This document shows, piece after piece, positions 10,148 to 20,000 of a stretch of 64,000 nt of DNA (position 1 is the stretch's first letter; every line of letters begins with the position of its first letter). Origin of the DNA: Candidatus Omnitrophota bacterium. GTDB taxonomy: Bacteria > Omnitrophota > Gorgyraeia > Duberdicusellales > Duberdicusellaceae. The DNA lies in NCBI GenBank assembly GCA_016932855.1, contig JAFGCB010000023.1:4825-68824 (forward strand), written 5' to 3'. The translations under genes and the position numbers were made by a program. A model generated the notes under the pieces. It did no database searches, had not been told where the DNA came from, and worked only from the letters and a program-made list of their open reading frames with translations.

Positions 10148-10981
10148 TCACCCTAACAATACTTCGGCGGTTAAACCTTTAATGATGAATTTCTGCATAA
10201 ACAAATATATGAAAACTATCGGGATTATAGTAATAGTTATACCGGCCATAAGAACAGGATATTCGGTAAAATGCGCCCCCTGAAAAACCATAAGCCCTTT
10301 CTGCAAAGGCATAATACTCTTTGACTGAAGGATTATTAAAGCCAGGATATACTCATTCCAGACATTCAAAGTATTAAAAATAGTTACTACTGCTATTGCC
10401 GGCTTGGCCATTGGGAGGGCTACGTTCCACCAAATCCTTAGCCTTCCGCAACCGTCGATTCTGGCTGAATCTTCAAGATCACGCGGCAGCTTATCAAAAA
10501 ATGTTTTAAGAAGATATATGCTTAGGGCCAAGCCTACGTTTATCATCGAAAAGATGTAGCCGGTACGGGTATTAGCCAAGCCTAATTTTACCAACAAAAC
10601 ATACAAAGGAACAAAACTTCCCGGGAGAGGTATCATCATTGCCGCTAAAAACATGTAAAAGATAAAATTCTTACCCGGAAACTTAAGACGGGAAAAAGCA
10701 TAGGCAGCCAAAGAAGAAATAAAAACAATCCCAAAAACTACGCTTAGAGCATACAGGACGCTATTGAAGAAATACATGGAAAAGTTTCCTTTAGTCCAGG
10801 CAATATAGAAATTACTCCAGCAAGGGCTATTTACCAAAAGACTCATATCTTTAAATACTGTCTGCTGGGTCTTTAAGGCTGATGCCAGCATCCACAATAA
10901 AGGAAAAATACAGATTAGACCTACGAAAATCAAAAAGGAATGGATTACGGTATTTATAAATATTTTATTTAATCTATTCAT
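10148..10981 (-). CDS. Carbohydrate ABC transporter permease (MalG-like)
   Basis: NS...AAYAFSRLKFPGK and EAA loop LEDSARIDG; WNEY. Confidence 0.95.
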   Translation of the reverse strand: MNRLNKIFINTVIHSFLIFVGLICIFPLLWMLASALKTQQTVFKDMSLLVNSPCWSNFYIAWTKGNFSMYFFNSVLYALSVVFGIVFISSLAAYAFSRLKFPGKNFIFYMFLAAMMIPLPGSFVPLYVLLVKLGLANTRTGYIFSMINVGLALSIYLLKTFFDKLPRDLEDSARIDGCGRLRIWWNVALPMAKPAIAVVTIFNTLNVWNEYILALIILQSKSIMPLQKGLMVFQGAHFTEYPVLMAGITITIIPIVFIYLFMQKFIIKGLTAEVLLG

Positions 10982-11865
10982 CAGGCTTGTTTAAAAAATT
11001 TAGAAACTCTGTTAAGCATAAAAGATATACAGACCAGGATAAAACCAAAAATAAGCGCCTGACAACAGGCATAGCCGAAGCGTCTGTACTTTATCATGGA
11101 AAATAAAATTCTTATAACCGGCACTTCCGTATGTCCTGCCGGGCCTCCTCTGGTCATGGCTAAGATAAGGGCAAACCCTTGCATTGTGCCTAAGATAGTT
11201 AAGATAACCACCAGCACAAAGACAGGTATCATCATCGGGACTGTAACATTAGTAAATCTTTTTAAGGCATCTGCGCCGTCAACAGTTGCGGCTTCATAGA
11301 GCTGGCGGGGAATAGTCTGTAAGCCCGCCAAAAGAATAATAAAAGCCCATCCGAATCCTTTCCAGCAATGAACTAAAGCTATGGCCGTAAGGGCGGTTGA
11401 GCTGTCGGAAAGCCAATCCCGGGCAAGATACCCTAAGCCTACCATAGAAAGCCAGTGGTTTAAAAGCCCGAAATCTCCGTTATAGATCCATTTCCAGACT
11501 AAACCTACGACTATCTCGGAAAGAATCGGGGGAAGAAAAAATATAACCCGGTACACCGAGCCGGCACGTATTGCCCGGTCACAGGCTAAAGCCAGCAATA
11601 AAGCTAAGAAATTCTGAAAAGTAAGAGCCCATAAGGTTATGTAGCCGGCTTGAGCCATGGAAGACCACCAGGCTTTGTCGTCAAAGATGACCTCCTTAAA
11701 GTGGGCAAAGCCTACGAACTTCATGGTCGGATCTATCCCGTTCCAGGAATGCATGCTTAAATTAAAGACCTTAAAGAAAGGGTAGATATAGAACACCGAG
11801 AAGATAATAAGCGCGGGTAATACGAATAAGAAATTTGTAAACTCTCTTGTGCCTTTTTTCATCAA
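10981..11865 (-). CDS. Carbohydrate ABC transporter permease (MalF-like)
   Basis: FVLPAL, FVG...F, GLLN, LAGLQTIP..LYEAATVDGA and MTRGGP motifs. Confidence 0.95.
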   Translation of the reverse strand: MMKKGTREFTNFLFVLPALIIFSVFYIYPFFKVFNLSMHSWNGIDPTMKFVGFAHFKEVIFDDKAWWSSMAQAGYITLWALTFQNFLALLLALACDRAIRAGSVYRVIFFLPPILSEIVVGLVWKWIYNGDFGLLNHWLSMVGLGYLARDWLSDSSTALTAIALVHCWKGFGWAFIILLAGLQTIPRQLYEAATVDGADALKRFTNVTVPMMIPVFVLVVILTILGTMQGFALILAMTRGGPAGHTEVPVIRILFSMIKYRRFGYACCQALIFGFILVCISFMLNRVSKFFKQA

Positions 11866-13175
11866 TTCCGCCTTTGGATCTCTTTTTCCTTTATCCTCTG
11901 GACCTCTTCGACCAGCTCTTGGGCAGTCTTTTCGCCGATGATTATACTCTGGACACCTTTAGTAAAGGCCTCGATGACTGCCGGGTATTCCTGGAAAGGC
12001 CACATATTAGGATGAGTAATACTGTCGGAATCATCGGCAAACTCGGACAACTCTTTAGGTATGCCTGATAAAGCTTGCCTGTTGGAAGGCAAATTCTTAG
12101 TCTTGTTTACTAAAAATACCTGCTGTTCTTTATCAGTAAGCCACTTAAGAAACTCTACCGCCTCTTTCGAAAGAAACGACCTGGCGTTTACGTAGAAAGA
12201 GCTGCCGGCTCCGCCCCAGATCTTCATTGGATATGCATCAGATGCTTCGGGAGGAAGAATAACTGAATAATCCAGCTTGGGATTCATCCCCTGGTAGACA
12301 TTAACGCACCAGCTTCCGTTAAAAGCAAAAGCGACTTTTTCATTGGCAAAAAGCTGTTCAGCGTATTTATTATCCATAGTGACCACGCCGCTGGCCAGCC
12401 CCCCGCTATCGCGCAACTCTTCAAAAAGCTTAAATACCCTAAGCCAGTCACTGTCAGTGTAGGGAGCTTCTGCCTTTATCGTCTTTATGACTTTATCTTC
12501 TCCCATAATATTAAAGGCGTAATTAGAAACCATGCAATCAATCATCCAGGTCTCGGCCCAGCCGGAAACAAGCCCCTTAATGCCTTTTTCCTTTAGGGTC
12601 TTTAAATCGGCAATGAACTCCTCCCAGGCCTGGGGAGGTCTTTGAATGCCGGCTTGCCTAAGAAGCTTATTATTGCAGACCATTTGAATATTCATCAAAT
12701 CTATAGGTATGGCATAAGTGCCCTCGGTTACGCCGAAAGCATTGTCCTTCTCAAAAGAAGTGACTGCCAGGGCACTGGTAAAAAACCGGCTTTTCCACTC
12801 AGCCTCATTCTCTTCCAAATATGGCGTAAGATCCACAACATGCCCGGCCTTGATAAAGGAAGCAACATCTATTTTTTCGCCTAAAACACCGAATATATCA
12901 GATAAAGTCTTGGCCTGGGCTGCGGCAAGTATCTTCTGGGAATAGGAATCAGGAGGGCTAAAAAGCTCAAAATTTACTTTTATCCCGGTTAAATCTTCAT
13001 ATTTTTTAGATAATTCTTCGAAAGCTTCCTGACGGTCAGTCATCCAGTGCCAGACAACTATCCGGTCCTTCTTTACAGCTTTATCTTTAGAAGCACAGCC
13101 CCCAAAAATAAGCGTAAATGCTATAAAAACGCCTAATAAAAGCCTCATTATTTCTACCCTCTTAATCTTAGACAA
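11862..13175 (-). CDS. Carbohydrate ABC transporter substrate-binding lipoprotein (likely start ATG 13148)
   Basis: Lipobox FGGC after a hydrophobic signal; SBP_bac_1-like motifs (WHW, DLT, PP..WEE, F...K.AF.FNGSW, EAVEFLKWL). Confidence 0.92.
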   Translation of the reverse strand: MSKIKRVEIMRLLLGVFIAFTLIFGGCASKDKAVKKDRIVVWHWMTDRQEAFEELSKKYEDLTGIKVNFELFSPPDSYSQKILAAAQAKTLSDIFGVLGEKIDVASFIKAGHVVDLTPYLEENEAEWKSRFFTSALAVTSFEKDNAFGVTEGTYAIPIDLMNIQMVCNNKLLRQAGIQRPPQAWEEFIADLKTLKEKGIKGLVSGWAETWMIDCMVSNYAFNIMGEDKVIKTIKAEAPYTDSDWLRVFKLFEELRDSGGLASGVVTMDNKYAEQLFANEKVAFAFNGSWCVNVYQGMNPKLDYSVILPPEASDAYPMKIWGGAGSSFYVNARSFLSKEAVEFLKWLTDKEQQVFLVNKTKNLPSNRQALSGIPKELSEFADDSDSITHPNMWPFQEYPAVIEAFTKGVQSIIIGEKTAQELVEEVQRIKEKEIQRRN

Positions 13176-13342
13176 TATAATATAATATGAAGTTCCTTAA
13201 TATTATATATGGCAAAAGGACTTAGATTATACCATAAAGAAAAGTGAATATTCAATACCAAAATATGGGCCTAAAAAGCCTTCTAAACCGGCTTCCAAGG
13301 CTTGAATTTCAAGGTATTTTAAGAACTTTTCCTTAAATCCTG

Positions 13343-13690
13343 TTACTCGGCCTTATCCCGGAATAACCTGGACATGCCAAAAAGTTCAGGCTTATTCAGG
13401 TCCACGCCTAATCTCCAGTCTCCGGAAAATTGCCGCTCTACCCAGGCAACTCTTCCTTCCACTGTCAAAGGCTTCTTCTGGTCGGGAAAATGAAGCCATA
13501 TACGTAAAGGCGCTGCCTCGGGTATTCCTTCTTTGCTTACTATACCCAGTCCCTGAGCGCTTATATCGCAGGTTGAAGCCTGGGTAATTCTACCGTCCAT
13601 CAGGTCTAAACACCTTACAGGAAGATTGGCCTTAAACCTCTGAAACCGCCTTCTGTCTTCTTTTTCCTCAAACGCCGCTACTGACGCCAT
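13343..13690 (-). CDS. Stand-alone PilZ-domain (c-di-GMP receptor) protein
   Basis: RRFQRF (RxxxR) and DISAQG (DxSxxG) signatures, GRVAW. GGAGGTG RBS precedes ATG 13690, so the start is later than in the ORF track. Confidence 0.88.
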   Translation of the reverse strand: MASVAAFEEKEDRRRFQRFKANLPVRCLDLMDGRITQASTCDISAQGLGIVSKEGIPEAAPLRIWLHFPDQKKPLTVEGRVAWVERQFSGDWRLGVDLNKPELFGMSRLFRDKAE

Positions 13691-13703
13691 ATTTATCACC
13701 TCC

Positions 13704-13788
13704 TTCAACGACGACTAGACTTACGGAGGTCGTAGACCGACGTAAGTCTATGTCGGAGTTGAACCCTTGACATCGAAGATGTCAAGGG
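13704..13788. repeat. Two adjacent inverted-repeat hairpins (REP-like) at the 3' end of the GIY-YIG gene
   Basis: TAGACTTACG (13716-13725) / CGTAAGTCTA (13741-13750) with outer TTCAAC/GTTGAA arms. Perfect CCCTTGACATC-GAA-GATGTCAAGGG at 13764-13788. Confidence 0.8.
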
Positions 13789-14060
13789 CTAACATAAACT
13801 GACTTAGAAAATAAATTAATCATCCTCTCTATGGTTCTCTTCCTTGTCTTTCCGCCTTTAAATTGTCTTTCTCGTCTAAGGGCCTTCGATCGCGAATCAA
13901 ACTCCTCATAATAGACTAACTCTAGAGGCCGCCTATCCTTAGTAGATAAAACCTGGCCCTTTGAATGCCTATAAAGACGCTGGGTTAAATTGTTTGTATG
14001 ACCGTAATATTTCATGCCATCAGCGCATTGTAAAATATATAAATAATAAATTGATTTCAT
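13782..14060 (-). CDS. Small GIY-YIG nuclease (YhbQ/UPF0213-like)
   Basis: YYLYILQC.DG.KYYGHT.NL..RL..H..G...RP..LVYYEEF.SRS.AL.RE..FK pattern. Confidence 0.9.
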   Translation of the reverse strand: MKSIYYLYILQCADGMKYYGHTNNLTQRLYRHSKGQVLSTKDRRPLELVYYEEFDSRSKALRRERQFKGGKTRKRTIERMINLFSKSVYVSP

Positions 14061-14086
14061 AGCAAACTATTGCGGTTTTTCTTCCT

Positions 14087-17000
14087 TTACTTCATCCCCG
14101 GCACCCTCAATTCATCTCCCGGCCGGATTAAAGCAAAAAGATATTCCCGGCCATTCCTGGTCCTCGTCTCTATTTCTATCCCGTTAGCCTCGGCAATATC
14201 TCCGAAAGTAACTCCCTCAAAACTCTGAGCAATATCCCACAGAGTATCGCCTTTATTGACTGAATATTCCCTTGTATCGTACTGCGTACCGGGTACTGCG
14301 TACCGCGTTGAATTTAATACTCCACATTCGTCACCCGGCGCCTCCCTTAAAACTGCCTCAGGGGACAACCGACTAGTGATACCCGGTACACGATCAGACG
14401 CCAACGGCGAAATGAATTCTTGTTCAGTCCCCGGCACCCGGTCCGTTGCATTCTTTACAAAACTGCTTGAATCAATTTTGTAAACTTTGGACAGGGGTGA
14501 GCTGGAAATAACATTTGCCCCGTCAGCCGGACTAAATAACTGCTTAAGTTCCCACGGCAGATCGCCAAGGATATCTTTAATTAAAGATTCATTTATCTTC
14601 AAGAATTCTTCAACTCTCGGCTTTTCTTCATTTCGAAATTTCAAATACGCTTTTGATGGAGGCCAGACTAACTGATATATATTCTCCTCTTCTAGAACAG
14701 CTAAGTAATGCGTTACTCCCAACCCACCCCATCGAGGTGAAAAACATAACTGCTCTAACTGCTTTGCTTTAAGTTGCGGATAGTCATCGCGCAATCGAAA
14801 GACATTTTTTACTTCCAGGAATTCATGTAATAATACATATAGCCAATCCGAAGGTGTAAAATAAAAGTGGTCTCTTAGATTAAAACGCATACCCACAATA
14901 TTAATTATAGTACCTTTGGAAGCATCTACGAATTTAACTTTACAAATGGCTGGACCGGCTGGTGTTTCTGATAATAAATCACTCGAACTTGTGCCTTCTT
15001 CTTCTATTCTCTTTTTCTCTTGACGAATACGCTCCCTGTAATCAAAACCGTTCTCCTTTAACCTATCTAAGGTTAAAATAATCAATTTATTTAGTATTTC
15101 TGCTGTTACTTTAATAATTATTTCTTTATCTTCAACAGCAATTGATTTTCTTGTCTGAATTTTTCTATATGCAGTAAAATAGCTGTCCCATTCTTTTTCA
15201 GAAAATTCTAATTTTTCCCAGAGGCCCAATTCTGTTAATTCCTTACGTACCACCGGCGAGCTCATGGTTCGACTACCGCTCAACACTAGCCCTGAGCTTG
15301 TCGAAGGACTTCCCCCTTTCTTTACAAATCTGCTTGAAACAGATTTGTAAACTTTAAGAGGGGAGCTGACCATATTAGAAATACGTATATAAATATCCAA
15401 AATCTTGGTAGGCACATTTTCTGTAAATCCCTTTTCTGAACTAAACAGAAAATAAGCTTGATGCAGACTGTGATCCCATAAATCTAACAACTCCAAAGTC
15501 TCCTCTTTTGCTTCACTAAAAATAACAAACCCGTATTGACTTTCAACAAGTTGTCCCGCTTTATTTTTATCTAAAAAATATTTTATGTCCGCTAAAGGAT
15601 AACCTAGAATAAACCCTTGTAATATATCGCGGTCAAACCCGGGTTGTTTATGCGAATTCAAGGCAGTAACTATAATATCTATTTTACTCTTTACCTCTTC
15701 AGATTGACGCACTCTAGCGGTAAGAAAGTCGAGTTGCCCCTTAGTAATAAGGTCGTTTTCTACCAAGAAAGAACCCTCGTATTTTAATCTCGAAATAATG
15801 TTAGGCCATAAGATAATCTCGTTATTGGTAAAAACTAACCCTAAATTCTCCTGAGCTTCCGGAATGTTGCTTATCTCGCAAGCTAACTGCACTATATCTA
15901 TATCAGGCTCATAAGTATATTTTATATATGCGGACTTCACGCCTAAAAAAACAGACAAAGCATCCGGATACAATAACTGCTGTTTAGCTTTGTCACTAAG
16001 CTTAGTGAAGGCTCTCTTAACAATTAACGACCTTTCCTGCAAGGCACTATGCGCCGGCGAGCTGATTGGTTTCTTCTCAACCGGATAAATAGAAGCGTCC
16101 CCTTTTTCACCATCTGTCATTATTTGTTCCCGTAAAGCCTGCGGGTTTAGTTTCCACCTCCTCAATTGAGCGTATAAGGACTCTTTAGATATACCCAATA
16201 TCCCGGCTGCCTGTGTAAAATTACCCTTTGCTTTAAAAATAGCCGCAAATAATCTCTGCTTTCGAAGCTCCTCTATCTTTATACCGTAATATCTTAATTT
16301 TCGATATACTTCGTTTTTGTGCCATCCCAATTCAGCAGCTACCCGGGGGATATCACACTCCATTCTGATTACAAGCTCTTTTAATTCATCTGCCTGGCTT
16401 TTTTTAGTCGGCCGGGAATTTTGAGCTTCTTCTTTTATTCCGTATTTATCTAACTTTCTATAAAAAGTCTCAATGGGCATTCCTAATATCCTTGCTGCCT
16501 TCCTAAAGTTATAATTTACATTAATAAGAGCTTTTTCAATCATCTGCCTTTCCCGTTCTTCAAGGGTATCCCATACTACAGGAACTTGCAGTTTTTGATT
16601 ATTATTTATAATTAAAATGTCTGGAATTCCGCCGGACCAGCTGTATATCTGGATCTTAAAGCTAAGTATGGTTTTTGTAACCGCGTACCAGCCTTTTGAA
16701 ATCTCTTTTATTCTACCGCTTGCGATAATTTCTAATGTCCTATCCTTACTCCTTTTATCGGCTATAAGAAAAGGTATGTTTAATAAAGCATGAAGGCACA
16801 GTCCGGAATAACATCTTATAGCTCCGGCCTCAACTGCTGCCCTTATAGCGGTACCCATACGCTGTCCGGAAAGCGCGTTCTCCCGAAAATAACCTCTCAT
16901 CTGCGGAATGGACTTATCCAACATATTCAATACCTCGGAACCCGATAGAACATCTTGGGAAGTTTTTAAAGGAAATTCTCTAAGGACCGCCTTTTTTAAC

Positions 17001-20000
17001 TCATCAGTAAATACATTCCCTTGCAGGTTAAAACATTCGGGATTTTGACTTAAAAACCGTATTTGCTCATCCAAAGTTAATTCCTGCATTGCTTGAGCAA
17101 ATTCTTTCTCCTGAACAATACAGATTTTTCTTTGCTGCCATTCTCCCTTATCAAATAAAAGTCTTTCCTCCTTAGTCTCGTTTAATGTATATATACTTCC
17201 GACTTCGCTTAAATTAGAAAAATATAAATACCCTTTGCTACCCATAATAAATGCTTTACAGCCAAGACTAAGTCTGGTAAAGGCCGCGGGCATAATAATG
17301 TTCTCCCTTACCAGCATAGAAATGATGGATTCCATGCGAAAATCATTACCTCTAAAGACAACTATGGACTCCTGCCTTTTACCCCTTAAGCCTAGGTTCT
17401 TAATCCAGAACATACCTTTATCGATACGGGCGGGCGCGATAACTTCCGAGTCTTTTTCTGCCCATAACAGTTCTGCTGCCTCAATGCAAGATACTCCTCG
17501 GCTACTCCCTTTGAAGCTTCTAACTTTCAATCCGCTATTGTAAGGAAACCGGAAACGCGCGCCGCCGGTTTTCGGACATCCGATGCAAAAATCATTCTTA
17601 ATTAATTGCTTTATCTGCCAAGCCTGAGGAGGAGCGTTTCTTACCAAAATATCGTCAAGAAAGGTTTTTAAATAAATATTTTCTTCAGCGCCTACGCTTT
17701 TTTCCAAACAAGTTTCATATCTTGCAAGAACATAACCCTTATGGTATACAAAGATTTCATCTAGGGTGCGTAAGAAAAATAGGTAATTGGCATTCCTATT
17801 CTTTTTAATTGACCTACCCAAGGTCTTTCTCTCAGCTAAAACAGTAAAAAGATTTCTTCCGAAACCATCATCTTGATCCATCCTTACAACTAAATCCTTA
17901 ATAAGAGTATAATTTCTACTGTGTAAATGAGGTATTAAGAATGTAATGGGCCTAAGCTTAATACTACTTGTTTTTCGAATCCCTTCGATACGGGTATTCC
18001 TGACTCTCTCGGCAATAACCCTAAGTTGATCTTCTCTAGTTCCAAAATGATTTCTTAAAACCCTGTTTACAAAAGTTTTTGCCGGCGGATGAGAAAATAA
18101 CTCGTCACCGCTTAATATGCCGTGTTCTGAAAAAGATACACCGCCTTTTGTAGACTCGCAGAACACAAAATCTCCTTCGGAGTAAACAATCAAAAGAAAA
18201 TTGCCTTCATCTTTTATATCGATCAATGCCTTTACCGCGTATTCTCTTTCTTTATCCGGAGCGTCAAAAGAAATACTTACAGCCCGGCCCCTTAGAGCTT
18301 CTCCGAAATTAAGACTGCCCCCTAACTCAGATCCGAAAACTATACTTCCGCTATCCATTGCATATTTTTTAACATCCTCTGGACTAAGCCCCTTTCTGAT
18401 AAATCCCCTCACAGCGCTTCTGTATACTTGTAATAAACCTGGATCTATTGATACCGGCGAACTTAAACCATCAGACACATGCCTTGCCTCAGAGTTGTTT
18501 TTCCTTACATCACATTCAAAGCGAACAGTAACCAGACCTCTTTGCGATTGAATACCTAGATGGGCGGCTTGATCACCAATTAACTTGTTAAGTTCTGCGA
18601 GGCTCCCATACATTAAGGTTTTGCCACGGCCATATTGCCTGAAAAACTCAGATTTGCCGGTCTTAGCGTATAAAAGCAAGAGCTCCACGGGATCGGGTAT
18701 TTTAGCAGGGTCAAATTCACCCTGATTTTCAATGGTAAACACAAGATGGCCTTGCCGTCCAAGCTTACCTGGTGTAAAAAAGTAGCTCATCACTACATCA
18801 CCTCTGTCGTCTTTTCTGTGTTTTATCGCGTTCTCAATCATTTCACCTAGTATATTTTCTATGGGCCCGGCAACATCATCACCAAACACTCTATTGAGGC
18901 TATTTCTAAATGCTACCTGCCAAAGAGCACTCACTGCAGTCATATCTTTTTTAGGAGCTTCGTTAATCACTATTCTTCTCTTTATTGAAATTTTTCCTTC
19001 TTCCGACTCCCGACCCAAGACTAAAGACTCAAAACCTTCAACTGGAGAATTTAAAGAACGCCTGATTTTTTCCAGTTCTCTGCCCGCCCGGTCGAGATAA
19101 CCACTGTTTCTCAAATCAGACAGTGCTTTCTGGTAATAAATTTCGTTGACTTCAAACGTACCTTCATACTCATCGCATTCATCGTCGTAAGGTTCTATAT
19201 CCCTTTTTCCCCATTTCTCCGTCAATACCACGTATTGAAAAGGCATATCTTCGTTCTTCCGGAACATTCCCCCAAGGATAGCTTCCTCGCCCAAAGACCT
19301 CAAGAAATATATCAACATCGCGGAGTTAGCCAAGCACGTATCCAGCCTAAAACTCCTGATGACAGCTTCGATATGCAAAACATCGATTGTATCAACCGAA
19401 GAACTAGCCGATATTAGACTTCTTGTTTTCGCATTATAACTATTTCCCAGTTCTCTAAAAGCGGCTCCAACCAAAGAGTCTCTGTTTTTACAATAGAAGA
19501 CTCTAGCCGGATCAACGCCTAACCTTTCGGCAACTAGTTTTTGAGTTATCCGCCTTACTTTTTGAGACTTAAAATATTCTATTGCCTGCAGGATTCTACC
19601 GCCGATAAGAAGGCTATATACTGCTTTCTCCACCTCGGTATTAGCTAGGCGGCGTAAGCGAAGGGTCTCATGGCTTACCCCCGCTTTGTTACAAATTGTA
19701 GTTATACTAATCGGTTTTACTGTCGTAAGCCAAAGTATTTCCACTGCCTTAAGGATAAAAAAATCGCTTTTATTGCCGGTAGGCAATGTATCCATCACTT
19801 TACCAACCTCAGGATTGGCACGCCTGCGCCGGCTAACAGTAGATTCAGAAAGCCCGGTTCTTTGAGTAACTAAAGCTTGACCGCCTGGCATGCCTTCAGA
19901 TGCAATATATGCCGCTTCCTTAATAATAAGACGACCGGCTCTGGTAAATTTAATAACCTGGCTATTTACGGAACCCTTGCGATTTGTACCGTCCAGTGGC

